Shown: positions 54,360-62,952 of the stretch, one piece after another
Layout: the number at the start of each line of letters is the position of its first letter
How positions within the stretch are numbered: position 1 is the first letter of the stretch
Assembly: GCA_016927425.1 (NCBI GenBank)
Contig: JAFGMR010000073.1
Span: 14,234-78,233, forward strand
DNA: 64,000 bases
Source of the DNA: Methanotrichaceae archaeon
GTDB taxonomy: Archaea; Halobacteriota; Methanosarcinia; Methanotrichales; Methanotrichaceae
Direction of reading: 5' to 3'
The notes under the pieces: model-generated
Database searches by the model: none
Told to the model about the DNA's origin: nothing
Seen by the model: only the letters and a program-made list of their open reading frames with translations
Translations under genes and position numbers: made by a program

Positions 54360-55352
54360 ATGGACGGACCGGCAATTGCCCTTCGATCCCTGACCAAGCG
54401 GTTCAAAGGCCTTGTAGCTGTCGACGAGATAGACCTAGAGATCGAGAAGGGGGAGCTCTTCGGCCTGCTTGGCCCAAACGGGGCAGGAAAGAGCACAATC
54501 ATCAAGATGCTCACAACCATGCTGAAGCCGACAAGTGGATCCGCCATCGTCTGGGGCCACGACGTCGTGGGAGATAGGGATGCAGTGCGGTCCTCCGTCG
54601 GCGTGGTCTTCCAGGACCCGACGGTCGACACGATGCTCACAGCAAGGGAGAACCTGGACTTTCACGGCCGCATGTACGGCATGGATGCGAAGCGACGCCG
54701 GCAGGGGATCGAGGAGGTCCTCGACCTCGTCGACCTCTCCGACAAGGCCGATGTCCTCGTGGAGGAGTTCTCAGGGGGGATGCGCAGAAGGCTCGAGATC
54801 GCGCGAGGGCTGATGCACCGGCCCCATGTGCTCTTCCTTGACGAGCCGACGCTCGGCCTCGATTCCCAGACAAGAAGGCATATCTGGCAGTACATAAGGG
54901 AGATGAACCTCCAAGAGGAGGTGACCGTCGTCCTTACGACCCACTACATGGAGGAAGCGGATAACCTCTGCAAGAGGGTTGCCATCATCGACAACGGCCG
55001 GATTGTGGCACTGAACTCGCCCGAGAACCTGAAGGACCTGATCGGCGCAGACATCATAAACCTCTCAGTATTGGAGGGCCATGACGACCTGCTCCAGGCG
55101 CTCGAACCGCAAGGCTGGATCAGATCGATACAGACATCGAACGGCGAGGTTCAGCTTCACGTCGATCATGCTCAGGTCAGGATGCCGGAGATCATGACGC
55201 TTGCCTACAGAAACGGCGTGGGCATTGAATCGGTCTCGATGCACGAGCCAACCCTCGAGGACGTATTCCTCAAGTTCACAGGCCGAAAGATCAGGGCGGA
55301 GGGAGGCGCCGGGGCCGCCGCCCGGATGGGACCATGGAGGCCTCGTCGATGA
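54360..55352 (+). CDS. ABC transporter ATP-binding protein (ABC-2/DrrA-like)
   Basis: ATG 54360. Walker A GPNGAGKST, signature FSGGMRRRLE and Walker B VLFLDEPT. Confidence 0.9.
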   Translation: MDGPAIALRSLTKRFKGLVAVDEIDLEIEKGELFGLLGPNGAGKSTIIKMLTTMLKPTSGSAIVWGHDVVGDRDAVRSSVGVVFQDPTVDTMLTARENLDFHGRMYGMDAKRRRQGIEEVLDLVDLSDKADVLVEEFSGGMRRRLEIARGLMHRPHVLFLDEPTLGLDSQTRRHIWQYIREMNLQEEVTVVLTTHYMEEADNLCKRVAIIDNGRIVALNSPENLKDLIGADIINLSVLEGHDDLLQALEPQGWIRSIQTSNGEVQLHVDHAQVRMPEIMTLAYRNGVGIESVSMHEPTLEDVFLKFTGRKIRAEGGAGAAARMGPWRPRR

Positions 55353-56122
55353 GGCTCGACCTCTATGCCATATACAGCATATGGCTAAGGGAGATGCTTC
55401 GCTTCTTCAGGCTGAAGAGCAGGCTTATCGGATCCTTAGGCGCCCCCTTCTTCTTCCTCGCATTTCTCGGGATGGGATTTCGAGGAGGCGGCGCCATGAT
55501 GCCAGGAATCCCCGAGGGGATGAGCTATATCGCATTTCTAACGCCCGGCATAATCGGGATGACGATACTCTTCTCCTCGACGTTTGCCGGGCTCTCCGTC
55601 CTCTGGGACAGGGAGTTTGGCTTTCTAAAGGAGATGATGGTAGCACCAGTGAGCCGCATGGCAATAGTGCTCGGCCGCACAGCCGGAGGAGTTACGACCT
55701 CCATTGTGCAGAGCATGGTAATCCTGACTGCCGGCATCTTCATGGGCACAAGGATTTCGGGAATCGGGGGATTTCTGCTCTCCCTCGTCTTCATGATATT
55801 GATAGGATCGACGTTCATCGGGATGGGCCTGGCCTTCGCCTCCAGGATGAAGGATATGTCAGGCTTCAGCCTGATCATGAACTTCATCATCTTCCCCCTC
55901 TTCTTCCTCTCGGGAGCCATCTTTCCCATCGAGCAGTTTCCCGCAGGGATCAGGATCATCGCCTACCTCGACCCCCTCACCTACGGCGTCGACGGCCTCA
56001 GATACTGCCTCGTCGGAGCAAGCTCTTTCTCGCCCATGATCGACCTTGGAATCCTATTTTTGGCCTGCATTGCCATGCTTGGGCTCGGGGCCTACTTATT
56101 CGAGATAAGCGAGGTCGAGTGA
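55349..56122 (+). CDS. ABC-2 type transporter permease
   Basis: ATGA overlap with the ATPase stop (an alternative ATG lies at 55334). Six TM-like segments and the typical YAIYSIWLREMLRFFR start. Confidence 0.8.
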   Translation: MRLDLYAIYSIWLREMLRFFRLKSRLIGSLGAPFFFLAFLGMGFRGGGAMMPGIPEGMSYIAFLTPGIIGMTILFSSTFAGLSVLWDREFGFLKEMMVAPVSRMAIVLGRTAGGVTTSIVQSMVILTAGIFMGTRISGIGGFLLSLVFMILIGSTFIGMGLAFASRMKDMSGFSLIMNFIIFPLFFLSGAIFPIEQFPAGIRIIAYLDPLTYGVDGLRYCLVGASSFSPMIDLGILFLACIAMLGLGAYLFEISEVE

Positions 56123-56213
56123 TAGAGAATCGAGCGCCCGCATCACGGAGAGGGAGCGGACGTGATCTGCGGTGGAGGAAGGGACGATCTGCAGCGCCAA
56201 GCGGCCGGACCGA

Positions 56214-56558
56214 TCAAGCCAAGCGGCCCTGCTCCGCATCAGGCATCAGCTTCCCGCATTTCTTGCAGAAACGGGCTGTCCTCCGGTTGTCGGCCCCGCA
56301 TTGGTCGCAGATCGCAACACCCTTGCCGCAGGAAGGACAGAAGTTAGCCGTCGGCCTCAAGGTCGCCTTGCAATTGGGGCATTTGAGCTTGGGGACGTAG
56401 CCACCTAACATTTTGGAATGCGCATAGGCATCCAGAGCACTGATCGCAGCCTTGGAGACTCTATGACTGTCGTCATTGGAGAGCCCCACCAGGGCCTGAC
56501 GAGCAGCCAGGCTCCGGCCTTTATGAGAGCCAGATAGATCTTTCTCTAGCAGTCCCAC
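56214..56558 (-). CDS. HEAT-like helix + double zinc-ribbon protein
   Basis: GTG start after AGGGAGAG. LVGLSNDDSHRVSKAAISAL (HEAT-like), then CPNC...CPSC and CDQC...CKKC. Confidence 0.55.
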   Translation of the reverse strand: MGLLEKDLSGSHKGRSLAARQALVGLSNDDSHRVSKAAISALDAYAHSKMLGGYVPKLKCPNCKATLRPTANFCPSCGKGVAICDQCGADNRRTARFCKKCGKLMPDAEQGRLA

Positions 56559-56634
56559 AGCACTCTCCCTGCCTTACGGCCTGGGATGGTTGATCAGCTG
56601 CAATAGATCATCGGGTAGCTCCACCAAGATCAAA

Positions 56635-56898
56635 TCACTTCGATCGCGACCGCATCTCCAAGGGGTTGAGGATCTCCTGAAGGTGGTAGATGGCGTGCTT
56701 ATATACTACAAGCGGAGCCTGATTTGGAACCTCCACCCGTATCTCATAGGCGTTATAGCCGATCAATGTCCCAGTTATCGGCTGGCCGCTCAAGGGCTGT
56801 ACCCGCACCCTCTTATTCAATAGATCCTTCAAGAAGGTCGGCGCCCCTTTCGGCCTCTCCCCCTGTACCGTCCCTTGTATCATCCCTTCCTCAGTCAT
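56635..56898 (-). CDS. Hfq-type Sm-fold protein (87 aa)
   Basis: ATG 56898 after GGAGGG. FLKDLLNKRVRVQPLSGQPITGTLIGYNAYEIRVEVPNQAPLVVYKHAIYHLQE carries the Hfq Sm2 signature (Y/F)KHAI. Confidence 0.65.
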   Translation of the reverse strand: MTEEGMIQGTVQGERPKGAPTFLKDLLNKRVRVQPLSGQPITGTLIGYNAYEIRVEVPNQAPLVVYKHAIYHLQEILNPLEMRSRSK

Positions 56899-57150
56899 CC
56901 TTCTATCCCTCCAGCCATGGGCTGATCCTTGGGATATGGTATCGCCCTCATCATCAATGAACTTTTCCTCGTGATGCAACCATACTAGCATAGATGGAAG
57001 AGCTCGGCACCAAGTAGATCATGACCCACGACAAGAGCCTTCAGCAGAATGGATTTCATAGAGGTCATCGATCCCATAGCGTGAGGCATGCGGTCAGCCT
57101 ATCGGGGCTCGAAGGAGATGCATCCCAAATAGGTGAGGTAATTGACCACC

Positions 57151-57432
57151 ATGAATAGACTGGGATCGAGACTCTAAGAGATACTGGGTATCGCCGCCGA
57201 ACACTGCGCAAGAATCGTTAGGGTCTTTGGCTCGACGATCCGGGGCGATGCCAGGCCTGAGAGCGACCTGGATCTTCTATTTCAGATGGACGAAGAACGC
57301 AGAACCCTGGATCGCATCGCAATCATCCAGGATCTCGAAGATCTCCTTGGCCACAAGGTGGATATGGTGAACGAGCGCGCCTATCACTTGCATCTGCGAG
57401 ACCGCATCGTATCCGAGGCAATGCCTTTGTGA
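57151..57432 (+). pseudogene. MNT-type nucleotidyltransferase (antitoxin of HEPN/MNT modules) with an in-frame TAA at codon 9
   Basis: AGGTGAGG then ATG 57151. MNRLGSRL*EILGIAAEHCARIVRVFGSTIRGDARPESDLDLLFQMDEERRTLDRIAIIQDLEDLLGHKVDMVNE... shows the GS..RG....SD.D nucleotidyltransferase motif. The stop is at 57175-57177. Confidence 0.6.
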
Positions 57433-57505
57433 CCTTCCCCGGTCGAGAGTATTTGAACTTGAAGCAGCCCATACGTTGATATAGGTATTCATTAGTTATA
57501 AGGAG

Positions 57506-57772
57506 ATGAAGGTTATTTGTTGGTATAGGAACGGCAGTATGGATGCATTTCGTCAGTTCGGCATCCACAATCAAGATAAACCGATCTCATTGAGGTTGAT
57601 GAATGTATCTGAGCCAGTCAGTGGACGGTTATACAGGTATAGCTCCTCCTCAAAGGAGTGGTCTGGGATCTTCCTGCAGTTGACTGATTCAGTAAATCAT
57701 CCGGCATATTACTCAATCGAGGATATCGAGAGCCTCCATACAGGTCTTTCTGCAATTAGGCCGGCCTGGTAG
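57506..57772 (+). CDS. orphan ORF in an AT-rich island
   Basis: Strong AAGGAG 5 nt before the ATG, but A/T-ending codons unlike the rest of the window. No motif recognised. Confidence 0.3.
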   Translation: MKVICWYRNGSMDAFRQFGIHNQDKPISLRLMNVSEPVSGRLYRYSSSSKEWSGIFLQLTDSVNHPAYYSIEDIESLHTGLSAIRPAW

Positions 57773-57892
57773 TTCTCTGTCTTCTCATTGGCCCACTTGT
57801 CCGCCGCAATCCGCATGATTGCTTGATCAGACCTCATTCCTGGCATAAAAGCCCAAGATCAGATTGAGGTTCTGCGGGCTCGCACAGCAGTT

Positions 57893-58490
57893 CTAGGCTG
57901 AAGGCTTTTCGAAGCCTTTGAGATCTGCGCAATATTTTCCACAAGAGACAGCCCAACCCAGATCCCGGCCCTCGAATGCGTTCTCGCAAATCCCCTCTTT
58001 ACTGACCGAGTCCCCCACAGGCAGCGATTCAACGCCCATCACCGCCCGCGAATTGGCCGAATATGGGAGGCCCAAGGCCAAGGCTTCCACAAAGGAGGGC
58101 GATCTCGCCGCCCTTAGTCCGCCACGCCACTGGCGACAGATCCATTTTGCCCCATATCTTTGCCCCGTGCTCGAGAACAACAGGATCTCCCCAGCAGGTA
58201 TAGAGGTGGCCCGCAAGAGATCCTTTTAGATTCCCACCGCCATGATCGTGGGAGGGCCTGCCAAGTACGCAGTCTCAACGATCGCCATCTCCACCCCCGC
58301 CCCGAGGCCGCAGAGCCGGTGCACGGCCTGATCGATTCACAAGGCCAGCCTCTTTCTGCGCCCGCGATTTCGGTCGGGGGGGGGGCTTTTCGGCTGCCAG
58401 GAAGTCCTCGAACTCCAGGCGGCGTCCCTCCGGGAACCTTGCAGCGAGACGGGCCCCGAAAGAGCCGGCGCCTATTCTTCTTCAGGACAT
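57893..58490 (-). pseudogene. decayed gene (Rossmann-like N-terminus) with at least three lesions
   Basis: ATG 58490 gives MS-TGA-RRIGAGSFGARLAARFPEGRRLEFEDFLAAEK. The frame is then lost around a C10/G10 run (58376-58385). A different frame continues IDQAVHRLCGLGAGVEMAIVETAYLAGPPTIMAVGI-TAA-KDLLRATSIPAGEILLF... to the stop at 57893. Confidence 0.4.
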
Positions 58491-58566
58491 GGAGGAAGGG
58501 GCCTCCGCGCCGGCCTTTGAGCGCGCATTCTCCCAAGTCGATTGCCGGAGCGGCGGAGATAGGCTC

Positions 58567-60060
58567 CTACGCTCGGGCTGCTTCCTCAAGGCGGAGCACC
58601 ACGAAATCCCGATCAAGGCTTGCCAAGAACCAGCCAGCCTTTGGGCCCTGTCTCTGGCCCAGGAAGGCAAGGTAGATCGCCTGGAAGAGCCTCTTCGAAT
58701 CGAGGCCCAGATCCTTGGCGACGGCATAGATCTCGTCGTGGATGGATTGAGCTTCCAGTCCCGAGATCCTCTCGGAGAGAACCCTTAGCCCCTCCTTTTC
58801 ATCGGGTCCGAGGTTCTTCACGGCCGATGGGAGCCCCTCCTGGACCTGGAATCTGACGTTTTGGGGGGCATATCTCGCGAGCCATATCTCGGCGTTCCGA
58901 GCCCTGCCTAGAATCTCCCCCATTCGTGAGGTCTCATAGCCGCTCCTCTCCAGGGCCTTGATCAACTGCTCATCATCCCCCCTTGCGATCTGGACAGCAG
59001 TCACCATATGGCGGAAGGGTATCTGGAAGGGCTCGGCCTCGCCGATTGCTGAGAGCTCGAGAGCTCGAGAGTCGCCTGCCCTCTGGTCGTACTCGTCAAC
59101 AAGAGTAAGCAACGGCAGGCCTGGGTCGAACTCGATATGCTTCTCCGGCTTCGTGCGAATTATAAGGTAGCGAAGAACTTCGGGTGGCACGACGTCGAGC
59201 ATCTCCTTTATTGTCACAACAAGGCCTGTGGAGCTGTGCATTGCCCCCTTGCCCTTGAGGTGGATCCATTCGTAGATCACGGGATGGGGGGCCGGGTAGC
59301 CGTAGATCTCCTCGCTGATCCTCTTTCCGGTGTCGTAGGATCCCCCAGATGTCGCGTGGTCCTTTCCAAACGGCTCCATCGTAACATGCAGGAGGGGCCA
59401 GCGGGCGGGCCAGTCCACCCTCCAGACAAGCTTTCCTCCCCCCCTCATGCTGGCTGTGCCCGAATAGCCGCAGCTGCATACATAGTCCACGGTCTCGCGG
59501 TCGAGGTCGAAGCCTGCTACACGGGTCGTGTTTGTGCGGCCGCAGTCCTTGCAGATGGCATCGAACGGGCTCCAGTGGGAAGGGACCTCGCGGCCGGATA
59601 CTTCCTTCAAGATGCGGGCGATATCGTCGCGCCGCAAGAGGGCGGTCTTGATGGCATCCACGAAGAGCCCCTCCTTGTAGAGCTGATCCGCCCTAAAGAC
59701 CTGCGGCCTAATGTCGAGCTCCTCGAGCGATGCGAGGAATGGCTGGAGGAAGTGCTCCGCGTAGGAGGCACAGCAGCCCTCGGGGCAGGGTATCTCCGAG
59801 AGGGGCTTTCCCACATGCTCCTCGAAGCTCTCTTGCAGGAAGGGATAGAGCCGTCGCAGGCGGTCGAAGTTGTCAGCGATGTAGATGAGGCGGGCCTCTG
59901 CCCCGCGGTCCTGCAGAGCCCTGTAGATGGCCTCTGCGGTCATCACCTCGCGCATGTTTCCTATATGCACAGGGCCGGAGGGGGTGATGCCCGTTGCCAG
60001 CGTCTGGGGGCCGCGGTCGGCCAGCCGCTCGGCTGCGACATCAGCCCAATGAATTGTCAT
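58567..60060 (-). CDS. lysS: class I lysyl-tRNA synthetase
   Basis: ITPSGPVHIGNMREV (HIGH-type motif) and the architecture typical of archaeal LysRS-I. 497 aa. Confidence 0.9.
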   Translation of the reverse strand: MTIHWADVAAERLADRGPQTLATGITPSGPVHIGNMREVMTAEAIYRALQDRGAEARLIYIADNFDRLRRLYPFLQESFEEHVGKPLSEIPCPEGCCASYAEHFLQPFLASLEELDIRPQVFRADQLYKEGLFVDAIKTALLRRDDIARILKEVSGREVPSHWSPFDAICKDCGRTNTTRVAGFDLDRETVDYVCSCGYSGTASMRGGGKLVWRVDWPARWPLLHVTMEPFGKDHATSGGSYDTGKRISEEIYGYPAPHPVIYEWIHLKGKGAMHSSTGLVVTIKEMLDVVPPEVLRYLIIRTKPEKHIEFDPGLPLLTLVDEYDQRAGDSRALELSAIGEAEPFQIPFRHMVTAVQIARGDDEQLIKALERSGYETSRMGEILGRARNAEIWLARYAPQNVRFQVQEGLPSAVKNLGPDEKEGLRVLSERISGLEAQSIHDEIYAVAKDLGLDSKRLFQAIYLAFLGQRQGPKAGWFLASLDRDFVVLRLEEAARA

Positions 60061-60242
60061 GGGCAGGGATGGCTGCGGAAGGTGATATTAAGCCTTCCGG
60101 CAAAGGTATGGCCAATTCGAGATCGAGCTCTTATAGGGATAGAGATATGGAGGATGCGGTTTAGAACAACATGCATCCTAAGAGCTTGAATATGAGACAA
60201 CGCCAGAAGCGGGTCCCCATATCGATCGAGGGAGGTGAACAA

Positions 60243-60692
60243 TTGGCCGGTGCGACTCGTCCCGATATAGATCACTACTTCATGGAGATCGCCGAGGTGG
60301 TGGCAAAGAGGTCCACATGTCTGCGAAACCAGGTGGGAGCGCTCATCGTCAAGAAGAAACGCATCCTATCGACAGGCTACAACGGGGCTCCTACAGGCCT
60401 CCCCCATTGCCTCGATGTGGGATGCCTCCGCCAGGATGTGGCGAGCGGAACGCGCCACGAGCTCTGCCGGGCGGTGCACGCAGAGCAGAACGCCATCATC
60501 CAGGCGGCCCTTCATGGGGTGAGCACCGAGGGCTCTACCCTATATTGCACGCATCAACCCTGCGTCCTCTGCGCCAAGATGATCATAAACGCGGCCATGG
60601 TGAGGGTCGTCTACCTGCATAGTTACCCAGACGGGGAAGCCCTTCGATTCCTCGAACAGGCAGGAATCAAGGTCTCTCGATTGATGGAGTAA
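60243..60692 (+). CDS. dCMP (deoxycytidylate) deaminase
   Basis: TTG 60243 lies 5 nt after GGAGGTG. YFMEIAEVVAKRSTC, HAEQNAI and THQPCVLCAKMI zinc motifs. Confidence 0.85.
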   Translation: MAGATRPDIDHYFMEIAEVVAKRSTCLRNQVGALIVKKKRILSTGYNGAPTGLPHCLDVGCLRQDVASGTRHELCRAVHAEQNAIIQAALHGVSTEGSTLYCTHQPCVLCAKMIINAAMVRVVYLHSYPDGEALRFLEQAGIKVSRLME

Positions 60693-60756
60693 CCAAAAGG
60701 CCCTATCCTCCTTTGCTCTAGAAAGGATTTTGTATCTCACCGCCCATGATCTGGCC

Positions 60757-62037
60757 ATGTTCGGGAGGAAGGAGCATTTAGGGATCCGTGGCGGGCATCT
60801 ATTCGTGGAGGGCGTAGACGCCACTGCCCTGGCAGAGCAATATGATACGCCGCTCTACGTCACGAGCGAGGCCAAGCTGAGGAAGAACATCCGCGGCTAT
60901 CACAGGGCCTTTCCCCACGCGGAGAAGTATTTCGCGGTCAAGGCCAACGGCAACCTGTCCATCCTCAGGATCATGGCCCAGGAGGGGATGGGAGCAGACG
61001 TCTTCTCCGCTGGAGAGCTCGCGCTAGCAAGCCTCGCAGGAATCCCCAAGGAGAGAATCCTCTTCAACGGCAACTCCAAGCGAGATGACGAGCTGGAGAT
61101 GGCCCTTGATGCTGGGGTTAGGATCTCGGTCGACTCTCCCGAGGAGCTCGATGTTCTCTCATCCCTCGCAAAATCCAGAGGGCAGAAGGCCAAGGTCCTC
61201 TTTCGCGTCAATCCGGATGTGTCGGTCAAGACCCACCCGAAGATCGCAACCGGCCTTAAAACCTCCAAGTTCGGCATACCAGCAGCCTCTGTAGCCAGTG
61301 TCTTCCGCCGGGCGATTGAAACTGAAGGGGTCGAGCCCGTTGGCCTCCACTGTCACATAGGCTCTCAGATCCTGGAGATCTCACCCTTCGTGGAGGCCGC
61401 ATCCAAGATGATGGACCTCGCAGCGGAGGTCGTCGCCTGCGGCTGCAAGATCGAGGTCCTCGACCTCGGCGGAGGCCTTGGAGTCCAGTACCATCCAGAG
61501 AGCCCGGCTCCTGTTCCCGCCGACCTTGCAGCAGGCATCCTTCCGGTGATCGAAAAGCGCGCTCGTGAGATCGGGATCTCCCCCCAGCTCATACTCGAGC
61601 CTGGGCGGTCCATAGTTGCAGAGAGCACAATCCTCCTCACACGGGTCAACGTTGTCAAGGAGGCGCATGTGAGCTTCGTCGGAGTCGATGCCGGCTTCAA
61701 TGTCCTTGCCCGGCCCATGCTCTACGACTCTTACCATCACATAGTCGTCGCAAACAAGGCCGACGCTCCGGCAACGGGCAAGTACACAGTCGTCGGCCCG
61801 ATCTGCGAGACCGGCGACGTTCTGGCGCGGGATCGAGCGCTGCCCGAGATCCAGAGGGGCGACATATTGGCCGTCCTCGACGCCGGAGCCTACGGCTTCT
61901 CGATGGCCTCCCACTATAACGGCCAGCCTCGCCCGGCTGAGGTGCTGGTATCCGAGGATGAGACAGAGCCCATCAGGACGAGGGAGGGTTTCAGCGCCCT
62001 TCTCGCCTGCCAGCGGATCCCTGCCCGGCTGCTCTAG
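60757..62037 (+). CDS. lysA: diaminopimelate decarboxylase
   Basis: YFAVKANGNLSILR (PLP Lys), ...GLHCHIGSQ..., ...EPGRSIVA... 426 aa from ATG 60757. Confidence 0.9.
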   Translation: MFGRKEHLGIRGGHLFVEGVDATALAEQYDTPLYVTSEAKLRKNIRGYHRAFPHAEKYFAVKANGNLSILRIMAQEGMGADVFSAGELALASLAGIPKERILFNGNSKRDDELEMALDAGVRISVDSPEELDVLSSLAKSRGQKAKVLFRVNPDVSVKTHPKIATGLKTSKFGIPAASVASVFRRAIETEGVEPVGLHCHIGSQILEISPFVEAASKMMDLAAEVVACGCKIEVLDLGGGLGVQYHPESPAPVPADLAAGILPVIEKRAREIGISPQLILEPGRSIVAESTILLTRVNVVKEAHVSFVGVDAGFNVLARPMLYDSYHHIVVANKADAPATGKYTVVGPICETGDVLARDRALPEIQRGDILAVLDAGAYGFSMASHYNGQPRPAEVLVSEDETEPIRTREGFSALLACQRIPARLL

Positions 62038-62400
62038 GCCCCTCTAAGCCAGTCTAGGGTTGTCTGGTCCGATCTCGGCTTTTACGGGCTGGTATCGGCT
62101 TGTCTGGGCCAGTCCTCGAATACACTGGGCCGTTCTCGCCGGGAGGGCGATCGGTCATCCTAGCCGGGGCCTGCCGCTCTCCTCCCGGGCGGCGGCCCCC
62201 TTGCTGCAGCACTTTCGCCCCGCCCGGACAGGCCTCTTCTATTTGCTCCATCGATCTTGGATTAGGGGACGGGCCTTCCCAAATCGAGTCATCATGAGGG
62301 TCATATTGCATGTTATACATACTTTTGATTATCTATATCTGGTTTACTGATACTCTTATTACAGTAAAGTATTTATGATTGTACGTATTAGATACATGCT

Positions 62401-62610
62401 ATGCCCAGAGCGCACGAGATCATGGTAATGGTAGGGCTCTATCGCAGGCAAGAGGCCTTTAAGACCGGGGGGCATCCCCCTTGGAGGGTGCTCGAGCTTG
62501 AGGCGGCAAAGGAGATACTCGGGGAGGTCTTTAGGGCATCGCCTGCGGAGGTCGAGGAGATGATCCGCCAGAGGATGGGGGGAGCGTCTCCCGCCGGCCC
62601 GCGCGGGTGA
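62401..62610 (+). CDS. small hypothetical protein
   Basis: Follows a clearly AT-rich promoter-like stretch (62300-62400). Ends 45 nt before the isf fragment. No motif recognised. Confidence 0.3.
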   Translation: MPRAHEIMVMVGLYRRQEAFKTGGHPPWRVLELEAAKEILGEVFRASPAEVEEMIRQRMGGASPAGPRG

Positions 62611-62655
62611 GCAGCCTCGATCTCTTTTTGGCTATTCGGGCGCAGTCTCTCATCT

Positions 62656-62874
62656 ATGATGTTTGGCATAAGCAACAGCCACCGGAACCAGGAGGCGGAA
62701 TACGCCCTCAGGCAAGTGTTAAAGATGTTCGAGGAACGCAGGCATCCAACAGAGATCTTCTCCGTCAGGGGAACGGAGATCGGATTCTGCCGGCATTGCG
62801 ACTGGCGCCTGAAGAACAAGGAGTGCTTTTTCAGGACGATATGTACAAGCTCTATCCAGAACATGCAGAGATGA
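62656..62874 (+). pseudogene. 5' fragment of an iron-sulfur flavoprotein paralogue (isf'), frameshifted and truncated
   Basis: MMFGISNSHRNQEAEYALRQVLKMFEERRHPTEIFSVRGTEIGFCRHCDWRLKNKECFF parallels residues 1-59 of the intact Isf at 63392. A 1-nt deletion after TTC (about 62832) breaks the frame, and similarity ends at about 62858. Confidence 0.65.
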
Positions 62875-62952
62875 GAAATCGCAGAGAACGTCGAGAGCAT
62901 CCAGCTCTGCCAAATGTATTATGGGCCCGGCATCCAGGACCGCCTCAGTCAT
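62860..62952 (-). pseudogene. truncated PIN-domain toxin (first ~31 codons only)
   Basis: MTEAVLDAGPIIHLAELDALDVLCDFSSLHV is a typical PIN N-terminus with the first acidic residue. The rest of ORF 62719..62952 is antisense of the isf fragment. ATG 62952 overlaps the upstream antitoxin stop. Confidence 0.5.

Noticed and set aside
62061-62140. Apparent 40-nt tandem duplication (TGTCTGGTCC... / TGTCTGGGCC...)
   Set aside because: Only about 60% identity on position-by-position comparison. That is not distinguishable from chance in GC-rich sequence.
62038-62300. Possibility that the GC-rich block is SRP (7S) RNA or RNase P RNA
   Set aside because: I found no GAGGAAAGTCC-type RNase P core and no convincing helix-8 GNAR-tetraloop/AGCA arrangement. 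The resemblance of CCCGGGAGGAGAGCGG to the SRP motif is too loose.
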